A DNA stretch of 64,000 nt. It comes from Candidatus Merdicola faecigallinarum. Its GTDB lineage: Bacteria > Bacillota > Clostridia > TANB77 > CAG-508. The notes beneath the pieces were generated by a model. That model was given only the letters and a program-made list of their open reading frames with translations. It ran no database searches and was not told the origin of the DNA. The stretch spans positions 1,009-65,008 of the forward strand of contig DVNH01000027.1 in the NCBI GenBank assembly GCA_018714565.1, written 5' to 3'. The position numbers and the translations under genes were made by a program. Shown one piece after another: positions 33,191-43,100 of the stretch; position 1 is the first letter of the stretch; each line of letters begins with the position of its first letter.

Positions 33191-35818
33191 CTATCTCATT
33201 GTATCTTTAATTGCGGCTTGTGCTGCTGCTAATCTTGCAATTGGTACTCTGTATGGTGAACAAGATACATATGTTAATCCTAATTTATGACAGAATTCAA
33301 TTGAAGATGGATCTCCTCCATGTTCTCCGCAAATACCAAGTTTGATATCTGGTCTTGTTTTTCTTCCTAATTCTGCTGCCATTTTTACCAATTTTCCAAC
33401 TCCTACTTGGTCAAGTCTTGCAAATGGATCGGATTCATAAATTTTCTTGCTGTAATAATCATTTAAGAATTTTCCTGCATCATCACGACTGAATCCAAAT
33501 GTTAACTGTGTTAAATCATTTGTTCCAAATGAGAAAAACTCTGCCTCTAATGCTATTTCATCTGCTGTTAACGCTGCTCTTGGAATTTCGATCATAGTTC
33601 CTACGTGATAATCTAAGTCTACTCCTGCTTCTTTTATTACTTCATCTGCCGTTTTTGTAATAATTTCTTTTACATATTTAATCTCTTTATATTCTCCAAC
33701 TAGTGGAATCATAATTTCTGGAACAATGTTCATTCCTTCTTTGTTTACATTGATTGCTGCTTCAATAATTGCTCTTGTTTGCATTACACCAATTTCTGGA
33801 TATGTTACGTCTAATCTACATCCCCTATGTCCCATCATTGGATTAAATTCATGTAATCCAACAACAACATCTTTTAACTCTTCAAATGTCATTCCCATTT
33901 CTTTTGCTAAATCTGCAATTTCTTCATCTTCATGTGGTAAAAACTCATGTAATGGTGGATCTAAAAGTCTGATCGTTACAGGGTATCCTTGCATTGCACG
34001 ATATAAGCCTTCAAAATCTCCTCTTTGCATTGGTAATAATTTTGCTAATGCTCTTTCTCTTTGCTCTGTTGTTTTTGATACAATCATTTCTCGAATTGCT
34101 GGAATTCTATCTGGTGCAAAGAACATATGCTCTGTTCTACAAAGTCCAATTCCTTCTGCTCCAAATTTATATGCTTGCATTGCATCTTTTGGACTATCTG
34201 CATTGGTTCTTACTTTTAACATACGATATTGATCTGCCCAGCTCATTAATTTTGCAAAGTTTCCACTTACAGAAGCATCTTCTGTTTCTATTTTACCTTC
34301 ATATACCATACCAGTACTTCCATTAATAGAAATGTATTGTCCTTCTGTATATTTTCTTCCATCTTTTGTCATTAAATATTTTTCATCTTCATTTACAAGA
34401 ATTTCAGAACATCCTGCTACACAACATCTTCCCATTCCTCTTGCAACTACTGCTGCATGAGATGTCATTCCGCCTCTTACTGTTAAAACTCCACTACATA
34501 CATTCATTCCATCAATATCTTCTGGAGATGTTTCTAATCTTACTAGTATTAATTCTTTTTCTCCGTCTTCTCTTAATTTCACTGCTTTTTCTGCTGTAAA
34601 TACAATTTTTCCTGTAGCAGCTCCTGGAGATGCAGCTAATCCTTTGGCAATTACAGTTGCTTCTTTTAATTTTTCTTCTTTAAAGTTTGGATGTAGTAAT
34701 TGATCTAATTGCTTTGGTTCTACTCTCATAACCGCTTCTTTTTCATCAATCATTCCTTCATTTACCATGTCAACAGCAACTTGAAGCGCTGCATTTGCAG
34801 TTCTTTTTCCATTTCTGGTTTGTAAGATATATAATTTTCCATGTTCAATGGTAAATTCTAAATCTTGCATATCTTTATAATGTTTTTCTAATTTATTAGC
34901 ATATCTTACAAAATCTTCGTATACATTCTCATTAATCTCTTTTAATGCTTCAATTGGTTTTGGTGTACGAATGCCTGCAACAACGTCTTCGCCTTGTGCA
35001 TTCATCAAAAATTCTCCAAATATTTTCTTTTCCCCTGTTGCTGGATTTCTTGAGAAAGCCACACCAGTTCCACAGTCATCTCCCATATTTCCAAATACCA
35101 TCTCTTGGATATTTACTGCTGTTCCCCAGCTTCCTGGAATATCGTTTAATCTACGATAAGTAATAGCTCTTGGACTATTCCATGAGCGAAATACTGCTTT
35201 AATTGCTTCCATTAGATGAATATTAGAATCTTGTGGAAATTCTTCTCCTTTATTTTCTCTATAGATTCCTTTAAATACCTTTACTAAATCTTCTAAGTCA
35301 TTTGCATCCATATCTGTATCTAAATTTAGTCCTCTTTGCATTTTCTTAGTATCGATTGCTTGTTCAAATAAACTGTTTGGAATTCCCATAACAACATCGC
35401 CATACATTTGAATAAATCTACGATAACTATCATAGGCAAATCTACGGTTCTTTTTTGCAAGTACTTCTACAGTTTCATCATTGATTCCTAAATTTAAAAT
35501 CGTATCCATCATACCTGGCATAGAAGCTCTTGCTCCTGATCTTACTGATACTAATAATGGATTTTCTTTGTCTCCTAATTTTTTTCCTGTCATTGCTTCT
35601 AATTTCTTTAAAGCATCTTTAATTTGTTTTTCTATCTCTTCTGGAATTGACTCATTATTTTCATAATATTTATTACAACATGTTGTAATAATAGTAAATC
35701 CTTGTGGAACTGGCATTTCCAAATTTGTCATTTCTGCTAAATTTGCACCTTTCCCTCCAAGTAATTCACGCATATTTGCATTTCCTTCTCTAAAAAGATA
35801 TACATATTTTTCGTCCAT
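33191..35818 (-). CDS. ppdK: Pyruvate, phosphate dikinase
   Basis: 875 aa with the phosphohistidine motif GGMTSHAAVVARG and a C-terminal PEP-utilising TIM barrel (GICGEHGGDPSS). Confidence 0.95.
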   Translation of the reverse strand: MDEKYVYLFREGNANMRELLGGKGANLAEMTNLEMPVPQGFTIITTCCNKYYENNESIPEEIEKQIKDALKKLEAMTGKKLGDKENPLLVSVRSGARASMPGMMDTILNLGINDETVEVLAKKNRRFAYDSYRRFIQMYGDVVMGIPNSLFEQAIDTKKMQRGLNLDTDMDANDLEDLVKVFKGIYRENKGEEFPQDSNIHLMEAIKAVFRSWNSPRAITYRRLNDIPGSWGTAVNIQEMVFGNMGDDCGTGVAFSRNPATGEKKIFGEFLMNAQGEDVVAGIRTPKPIEALKEINENVYEDFVRYANKLEKHYKDMQDLEFTIEHGKLYILQTRNGKRTANAALQVAVDMVNEGMIDEKEAVMRVEPKQLDQLLHPNFKEEKLKEATVIAKGLAASPGAATGKIVFTAEKAVKLREDGEKELILVRLETSPEDIDGMNVCSGVLTVRGGMTSHAAVVARGMGRCCVAGCSEILVNEDEKYLMTKDGRKYTEGQYISINGSTGMVYEGKIETEDASVSGNFAKLMSWADQYRMLKVRTNADSPKDAMQAYKFGAEGIGLCRTEHMFFAPDRIPAIREMIVSKTTEQRERALAKLLPMQRGDFEGLYRAMQGYPVTIRLLDPPLHEFLPHEDEEIADLAKEMGMTFEELKDVVVGLHEFNPMMGHRGCRLDVTYPEIGVMQTRAIIEAAINVNKEGMNIVPEIMIPLVGEYKEIKYVKEIITKTADEVIKEAGVDLDYHVGTMIEIPRAALTADEIALEAEFFSFGTNDLTQLTFGFSRDDAGKFLNDYYSKKIYESDPFARLDQVGVGKLVKMAAELGRKTRPDIKLGICGEHGGDPSSIEFCHKLGLTYVSCSPYRVPIARLAAAQAAIKDTMR

Positions 35819-35972
35819 TGTTTCTCCTCCATTAATCTTTTGTTTTAAACCTAATTTTTCTATTGTTATTATATATCAAAAATTAAAAATCTGTAAATAG
35901 AAATTCACTTTTTCCTTATTTTTCTATATTATCTAACTTTATACTCATCAATTGTTTATATTTCTCAATCAA

Positions 35973-36011
35973 AAATACCTTATTCCATCTTTTAAATGAA
36001 ATAAGGTATTT
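35973..36011 (-). terminator. Terminator after glyQS
   Basis: Hairpin AAATACCTTATT / AATAAGGTATTT. Confidence 0.55.
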
Positions 36012-36023
36012 ATACTATTTTTT

Positions 36024-37406
36024 CTAGAACTCTATTTTTTCTTGTAACCAATTTTCTAATTCAGAAATTTTTATTCTTACTTGTTCCATTGTATCACGAT
36101 CGCGAACTGTTACCATTTCATCTTCTAATGTTTCGAAATCTACCGTAACACAATAAGGAGTTCCGATTTCATCTTCTCTACGATATCTTTTTCCTATGCT
36201 TCCTGCTTCATCATAATCACACATAAATTTTTTCGATAATTTTTCATATAATTCTTCTGCTTTTTCGCTTAATTTTTTCGATAAAGGAAGAACTGCTACT
36301 TTATATGGTGCAAGTGCTGGATGAAGATGTAATACCACTCTTGTATCTCCTTCTCCTATCGTTTCTTCTTCATAGCTGTTACATAAAAAGGCAAGTGCTA
36401 CACGATCTGCTCCTAAAGATGGTTCGATACAATATGGAATATATTTTTCGTTTGTTTCTGGATCTAAGTAAGTTAAATCTTGTTTTGAATGTTCCATATG
36501 ACATTTTAGGTCAAAATCGGTTCTATCTGCAATTCCCCATAATTCTCCCCAACCAAATGGGAATAAAAATTCGATATCTGTTGTTCCATTACTGTAATGA
36601 GATAATTCTTCTTTTGAGTGATCTCTTAAACGAATATTTTCTTCTTTCATTCCTAAACTTAACAACCAATTTTTGCAATACTCTTTCCAATATGCATGCC
36701 ATTTCAAATCTTCACCCGGTTTACAGAAGAATTCTAATTCCATTTGTTCGAATTCTCTTGTTCTAAAAGTAAAGTTTCCTGGTGTAATTTCATTACGAAA
36801 AGCTTTACCAACTTGACCAATTCCCATTGGTAATTTTCTTCTTGTCGTACGAAGTACATTTTTGAAATTTACAAAAATTCCTTGTGCAGTTTCTGGTCTT
36901 AAATAAATTTCAGCTTTTGCATCTTCTGTTACTCCTTGAAATGTCTTAAACATCAAATTAAATTTCCTAATTCCTGTAAAATTATGTTTTCCACAATTTG
37001 GACATACAATATTATGTTCATCCATATATGCAATCATTTTTTCATCTGGCCAACCATCTACGATTTCTTCACAATGATGTTCATGCATCCATTCTTCAAT
37101 TAATTTATCTGCTCTATGTCTTGTCTTACATTCTTTACAATCAATTAATGGATCACTAAATCCTCCTACATGACCTGAAGCTACCCAAGTTTGTGGATTC
37201 ATTAAAATTGCAGCATCCAATCCTACATTCATTTTATTTTCTTGAATGAATTTTTTCATCCAAGCTTTCTTTATATTATTTTTAAATTCTACTCCTAAAG
37301 GACCGTAATCCCAAGTATTTGCTAATCCTCCATAAATTTCAGAACCGGCATATACATATCCTCTTGTTTTACATAAACTTACAATTTTATCCATTGAATC
37401 TACCAT
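36024..37406 (-). CDS. glyQS: Glycine--tRNA ligase (homodimeric GlyQS type)
   Basis: 460 aa with class II motifs ([35 protein letters not shown]). A T-box leader lies further upstream. Confidence 0.95.
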   Translation of the reverse strand: MVDSMDKIVSLCKTRGYVYAGSEIYGGLANTWDYGPLGVEFKNNIKKAWMKKFIQENKMNVGLDAAILMNPQTWVASGHVGGFSDPLIDCKECKTRHRADKLIEEWMHEHHCEEIVDGWPDEKMIAYMDEHNIVCPNCGKHNFTGIRKFNLMFKTFQGVTEDAKAEIYLRPETAQGIFVNFKNVLRTTRRKLPMGIGQVGKAFRNEITPGNFTFRTREFEQMELEFFCKPGEDLKWHAYWKEYCKNWLLSLGMKEENIRLRDHSKEELSHYSNGTTDIEFLFPFGWGELWGIADRTDFDLKCHMEHSKQDLTYLDPETNEKYIPYCIEPSLGADRVALAFLCNSYEEETIGEGDTRVVLHLHPALAPYKVAVLPLSKKLSEKAEELYEKLSKKFMCDYDEAGSIGKRYRREDEIGTPYCVTVDFETLEDEMVTVRDRDTMEQVRIKISELENWLQEKIEF

Positions 37407-37421
37407 AAGTCATTCCTCCTC

Positions 37422-37982
37422 TTAATAATTTGTTCTAAGCTCCCAAATTAGAACTTTTTCTTGATTCACTCCAATATTTTTATTAAATACAGAAAATTCT
37501 ACTACTACATTTTGTAAATTATGTTCTAATACATAATCAATAATGTCATAGGCTCCATTAATATATTTTAGCTTTTTATCAAAGATATCGGTATTAATAT
37601 GATATTTTGCATTGTTTACAGCTTCTCTTGCAGAATCACATTTTTCGTTAGTACCTTCTATCGTTACATTTCCTTTTTCATCAATCAGAATGTTTCCTGT
37701 TAAAACTTGATTATCGATATAGTTAAATTGGCTTACCCCAACTGTACAAATATCAAATTTTTGATAACTATTTAAAATGTCTTCTTTGGATGCTTTATGG
37801 TTTCTATTTTTGGAATTTGATTTCACATTATCACGAATGGAATAAAATTGTGCTGGGTGTGAATCTAAAAATCCTTCTACATCCTGAACACCATTTACTT
37901 TGAACATTTTTTGTGGTAATACATTTAAATTTAATTTTTCAATTAATTCTGCACTTTCCAATTTGTTATAAATTTGATACAT
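37422..37982 (-). CDS. Hypothetical 186-aa protein lying between the T-box leader and glyQS
   Basis: Strong RBS AAGGTAGGAGGTTTTAAT before the ATG. It ends 13 nt before glyQS. I recognise no family. Confidence 0.55.
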   Translation of the reverse strand: MYQIYNKLESAELIEKLNLNVLPQKMFKVNGVQDVEGFLDSHPAQFYSIRDNVKSNSKNRNHKASKEDILNSYQKFDICTVGVSQFNYIDNQVLTGNILIDEKGNVTIEGTNEKCDSAREAVNNAKYHINTDIFDKKLKYINGAYDIIDYVLEHNLQNVVVEFSVFNKNIGVNQEKVLIWELRTNY

Positions 37983-38008
37983 ATTAAAACCTCCTACCTT
38001 ATTTTTTT

Positions 38009-38078
38009 CCGAAGTAAGAAAGAAAACTTAACCTTGTTACTTTAGAAATTTCTCCCGAAATTTCCTACGTAATGAAAA
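38009..38078 (+). repeat. Dispersed multi-hairpin repeat, copy D (5'-truncated)
   Basis: CCGAAGTAAGAAAGAAAACTTAACCTTGTTACTTTAGAAATTTCTCCCGAAATTTCCTACGTAATGAAAAG retains only the last two hairpin modules. Related degenerate modules (CTCGCTTCGCGAG, GAAAAATTGCTATGCAATTTTTC) follow up to ~38250. Confidence 0.7.
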
Positions 38079-38289
38079 GATAAATTTCGCCTTGGGAAAA
38101 CTTTGCACTACATTTTCTTCTAAGGACAAATCTCGCTTCGCGAGAACTTTCCTCTACTTTTTCTAATTTAACTATATATTTTTAAGTTCTCAAAGAAGCG
38201 TAAAGATTTGTCGACGCGAAAAATTGCTATGCAATTTTTCTGTGCAATCTTTTTTTGTTATATAGGAAAAATTACTTTTTCCTATATAA

Positions 38290-38490
38290 CAAAAAAACTC
38301 TCGTCCTAGCTAAATGCTAGGGACGAAAGTTTATATCCGCGGTTCCACCCTATTTGATAATGTAAGCAGCATTATCCACTCTGTTTTTTTATGCTCCAAA
38401 GCTCCCCATATTCGTTTGCTGTTAGTTTACACCATCCACTAACTCTCTTAAAACAAAACTGAAATATTTTTTCTTTTTCTTCGCACTATT
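38290..38490 (-). promoter_or_regulatory. T-box leader (presumed glyQS leader)
   Basis: On the minus strand: a GTGCGAAGA...GGAGCA K-turn-like pair, an AGAGAG box, the T-box sequence AATAGGGTGGAACCGCGG (plus 38337..38350), then the terminator CGTCCCTAGCATTTAGCTAGGACGAGAGTTTTTTT. Confidence 0.8.
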
Positions 38491-38614
38491 AAATTCTACA
38501 TATACTTTATCATGTTTTTTCTAAAAAATCAACTATTCCTATTTAAATTTTTATTATTTCCTTTTAATTCAAATTCATTCCTTTTTCATATCTAATTTAC
38601 CCGAATATGTTATC

Positions 38615-39298
38615 CTATCTTGCCGCATTTCCCATATATAGTAATCCAGATAATTTGGAAATTGGCATTGATTGTAACCAAACAGTTCCAGGTCCTTCTA
38701 ATGTTGTTACAAATAATCCTTCTCCTCCGAACACGATATTCTTAACCCCTTTTACTGTTTCGATATCTAATTTTACTTCACTTGTCATTAATGCAACATA
38801 TCCATTATCTACTTTCATTTTTTCTCCTGCTGCTAATTCTTTTTTTACAACAGTGCCGTCTAATTCTAAATATACTTTTCCTGGTCCTGTAAATTTTTGC
38901 ATAATAAATCCTTCTCCACCAAAGAAACCAGCTCCTATCTTTTTACGAAAATGCATAGAAACATCTACACTTTTTTCTGCACATAAAAATGATCTTTTTT
39001 GTGCAATCACAAATTCTCCTTCTTTTAGGTCATATTCTAATATTTCTCCCGGAAAAGAAGATGCAAATGCAATTTCTACATCGTCTATTTCTGCTGTATA
39101 TTGATTCATAAAAATAGATTCTCCAGCTAACGCTCTTCCTAATCCTTTCATAATTCCACCATTTGTGCTTGTTTCCATCTTAATTCCAGAATCCATCCAG
39201 CTCATTCCGCCATTTTCAGATATAATGCTTTCTCCTCTTTTTAATTTAATTGTTACTACTGGTAGTGAATCCCCTATAATTTTTGCTTCCATATTCAC
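38615..39298 (-). CDS. AIM24/TIGR00266-family protein (DUF124)
   Basis: 227 aa. The pattern GESIISENGGMSWMD...GESIFMNQYTA...GEGFIMQKFTGPGKVYL is typical of this family. Confidence 0.75.
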   Translation of the reverse strand: MNMEAKIIGDSLPVVTIKLKRGESIISENGGMSWMDSGIKMETSTNGGIMKGLGRALAGESIFMNQYTAEIDDVEIAFASSFPGEILEYDLKEGEFVIAQKRSFLCAEKSVDVSMHFRKKIGAGFFGGEGFIMQKFTGPGKVYLELDGTVVKKELAAGEKMKVDNGYVALMTSEVKLDIETVKGVKNIVFGGEGLFVTTLEGPGTVWLQSMPISKLSGLLYMGNAAR

Positions 39299-39605
39299 GT
39301 TTCCCCTTTCTTTTCTTAGATGACTTTATACTATCATATTGTTTTTTTACAGGCAAGATCCTTCTTCCTTTTCTTACATTTTTTGATATTCTTCTGCTTT
39401 TAGCAACATCTCTATCGATTCATTTCTTACCTAATATTTGTTTTTTCTTCGTTTTTATTACATTCATATGACAATCCACATTTTAATTTTTTCTCACTTT
39501 TTGTAACTTTTTTTCTTTTCTTTGTTCCTTTTGTCTTTTTTCTCTTGTATTTTTCAAGTTTATGACAATCTCTTTTCAATTTTATGTTACTTTTTGCTCA
39601 TTCTT

Positions 39606-39713
39606 TTATCTACAATCACTATTTTTTCTCAAGTTGTGGATATTGTGGATAAGTCTGTGAATAATTCATTTTACTAGTCATTTTTTCATTTTTTATTCAC
39701 ATTCATTTCCACA
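39606..39713. promoter_or_regulatory. Cluster of DnaA-box-like 9-mers in a 660-bp noncoding gap
   Basis: TTATCTACA 39606..39614; TGTGGATAT 39635..39643; perfect TGTGGATAA 39644..39652; TGTGAATAA 39656..39664; TTATTCACA 39693..39701; weaker ATTTCCACA 39705..39713 and CAATCCACA 39472..39480. Confidence 0.6.
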
Positions 39714-39794
39714 AATATTTATTACAATTTATTTTTACAGTTATTTCCATTGTGTTATGTCTATTACTTTTTAGTTAAATATTTCTAAAAGAAA

Positions 39795-39833
39795 AAGCTT
39801 AAAATATTATATTCAAAATAATATTTTAAGCTT
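39795..39833 (-). terminator. Terminator after the DUF1294 gene
   Basis: Perfect 15-bp inverted repeat AAGCTTAAAATATTA / TAATATTTTAAGCTT, followed on the minus strand by TTTTCTTTT. Confidence 0.7.
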
Positions 39834-39863
39834 GCATGTATTTCATATTTATTTAATTTTAGT

Positions 39864-40170
39864 TTAAAATTTAACAAGAAAATAAATAATTAAAATAATC
39901 TCTGTAATTAATATAACAGGAAAACCTATCGTAAATCTTAGTTTTTTGGTTTTATGCCTAAATAAGTACATTCCTAAAATCCCGTCCAATTCCTCCTCCT
40001 AATAATACAAAACCAAATAATCCTGCTTCACTAATTCTCCATTCTCCTTTTTGTGCTCTTCTTTTATCCCACCACATAGCAAAAAAAGCTAATAAATTTA
40101 TTATCACTAAATAAATTAAAATATTTTGTGGTGTAAAAATAAGTTTTGCAAGTTCTGATAAATCATACAT
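39864..40170 (-). CDS. DUF1294 membrane protein, contiguous only with a +1 shift at in-frame CGG 39984..39982
   Basis: The listed ORF stops at 39958. The +1 frame restores ...LLGGGIG-[C]-GILGMYLFRHKTKKLRFTIGFPVIL..., the conserved FRHKT segment. The product is 101 aa and ends at the TAA at 39866..39864. Confidence 0.7.
39982..39984 (-). other. In-frame CGG recoding/frameshift site 4
   Basis: mRNA reads GGA AUU GGA CGG GAU UUU AGG. The zero frame stops 8 codons later. The +1 frame reads GGG AUU UUA GGA AUG. Confidence 0.65.
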
Positions 40171-40197
40171 ATTTCTTCCTCTTTTCTTACTTTTGTT

Positions 40198-43100
40198 TTA
40201 TACAAAAAAGCTCATTTGATTACTTTGTGTCATTCCTTTTAAGCATCCTGCTTTTTCTAATAATTCTACTACTGATTTTCCTATCTTAGATCGTATTTTC
40301 ATATCGTCAATTGACATAAATTTCCCATCTTTTTTGGCTTCATCTATTCCAATTGCAGCTACCGTTCCCAATCCAGGCAAACTATTTAACGGCGGTCTAA
40401 TTCCATCCTCTTCTATTCTAAATTTCGTTGCATGAGATTTATATAAATCAATAGGAAGAAAATCAATCCCTCTTTCATACATTTCTAAAACCAGTTCTAA
40501 AATTGCATACATATTTTTATCTTTTGCTGTTGCACTATTTCCTTGTAAATCAATTTCTTTCATTTTATTTTTTACTTTTTCTTTTCCATGACACATAATT
40601 TCACTATCAAATTCATCTGCTCTTATGGTAAAGTAAGCTGTATAATATGCTTTTGGTTCATGCACTTTAAACCAAGCAATGCGAAAAGCATTTGTTACAT
40701 AAGCTGCTGCATGTGCCTTTGGGAACATATATTTTATTTTCTTACAGGAATTAATATACCATTCTGGAATATGATATTCCCTCATCATTTCTTCATGCTC
40801 TTTCCATTTTTCTGGATCTTTGGAAGGTTTTCCTTTTCTAACAAACTCCATAATTTTAAATGCTGGCTTTGGTGGCAATCCTTGTTTTATTAAATATAGC
40901 ATAATATCATCTCTAGTACAAATTGCATCTTGTAAGGTAATTGTTCCTTCTTCAATTAATGTTTGCGCATTATTAAGCCATACGTCCGTACCATGGGACA
41001 AGCCTGAAATACGAAGCAATTCCTCAAAAGTAGTAGGTCTTGTATCTACTAACATTCCCCTTACAAATTTCGTTCCAAATTCTGGCACTCCAAAAGTCCC
41101 TACTTCAGAATGAATTTGTTCTGGTGTGACTCCTAATGCTTTTGTAGAAGCAAAAATTGACATTGTTTCTTTATCATCTAAAGGTACTTTTGTTGGATCT
41201 TTTCCTGTTAAATCAAATAGCATACGAATCATGGTTGGATCATCATGTCCTAGAATATCTAGTTTTAATAAGTTTTGATCAATCGAGTGATAATCAAAGT
41301 GAGTAGTTATAATATCTGAATTTGGATCATCTGCTGGATGCTGTACTGGCGTAAATTCATATATTTCTCTTCCTTTTGGTACAACAATAATTCCTCCTGG
41401 ATGCTGTCCTGTCGTTCTTTTTATTCCTGTACATCCTGCAGAGATTCGAAGTACTTCGGCATTATTTACTGTTAATTGTCTTTCTTCAAAATATTTTTTT
41501 ACATATCCGAATGCAGTTTTATCTGCAACGGTACCTACCGTTCCCGCTTTAAATGTCGTTCCTTTTCCAAAGATTACTTCTGTATATTTATGCGCCTTTG
41601 CTTGATATTCTCCTGAAAAGTTAAGGTCAATATCCGGCTCTTTATCTCCATCAAACCCTAGGAAAGTTTCAAAAGGTATATCCATTCCATCTTTATCTAA
41701 CATATGTCCACATTTTGGACATTCTTTATCTGGAAGATCAAATCCATTCTTATACCCATAATCAGAAAAATCAGAATATTTACAATTTGGACATCGATAA
41801 TGTGGTGGAAGAGAATTTACTTCTGTAATTCCTGTCATATTTGCCACAAAGGAAGATCCAACCGATCCTCTGGAACCAACAATATATCCATCTTCATTGG
41901 ATTTCCAAACTAACTTTTGCGCAATAATATACATAACAGAGAAACCATTTTTTATAATAGAGTTCAGTTCTTTTTCTAATCTTTTCTCTACAATCTCTGG
42001 TAAATTTTCTCCATATAACTCATGTGCTTTTCCATATGCAATTGTTTTAATTGTTTCTTCACATCCCGGAATATGAGGCGGACACTTTTCTGGTGAAATA
42101 GGGCTAATTTGTTCACACATATCTGCGATTTTATTTGTATTGGTTACTACTACTTCATAAGCCTTTTGTGGACCTAAGTATTGAAATTCTTTTAACATTT
42201 CGTCCGTTGTTCTTAAATATAGTGGTGCTTGCTCATCTGCATCATCATAACCTTGTCCTGCTTGTAATACTCTTCGATAAATTTCATCTTGTGGATCCAT
42301 AAAATGTACGTCACAAGTTGCTACCACTAATTTATCTAGTTTTTCTCCTAATTGCACAATCTTTCGATTAATATCTTGAAGTGACTCTACATCTGGAACT
42401 GTTCCATTTCTTACCATAAACATATTATTTCCAATTGGTTGAATTTCAAGATAATCATAATCTTTTGCAATTTCTTCTATTTCTTCATCCGTTTTTCCTG
42501 CTACAATAGCACGATATAATTCTCCCGCTTCACAGGCACTTCCCATAATAAGTCCTTCCGAATATTTTTTATAAATTGATTTTAAAATTCTTGGCTTTTT
42601 ATAAAAATAGTGTAAATGAGAAATCGATACTAATTTATATAGATTTCTAAGTCCTATATAATTTTGAGCTAAGATAATCGCATGATAACTAGGAAGTTTT
42701 TTAAAATCTGCTTCTCCAGCTAATTTAATATCAATATCATCTACTGTTTTTACTCCCTTTTCTTCTAACATTTTTAACATATGACGAAATACTTTTACCG
42801 TAGTATCAACATCATCTAATGCTCTATGGGCAACCTCTACTACAATTCCCAAATTTTCCGCAATTTTTCCTAATTTATATTTTTTATAATCTGGGAATAA
42901 ATCTTTTGCTAGTCTTAATGTATCAATATAGGTATTTTCTATACTTAATCCTTGCTGCTTTGCATTGTATTTTAAAAATCCGATATCAAAATCTGCATTA
43001 TGTGCAACTAAAACAGAATCTCCTATAAATTCGATAACCTTTGGTAATACTTGTTCTATCGTTTCTGCATCTTTTACCATGTCATCTGTAATATTGGTTA

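Noticed and set aside
39299-39863. Calling this gap the chromosomal origin oriC.
   Set aside because: There is a DnaA-box cluster, but no dnaA, dnaN or rpmH nearby. Gene orientation does not switch here, and skew cannot be evaluated from one window. I report it only as a DnaA-box cluster.
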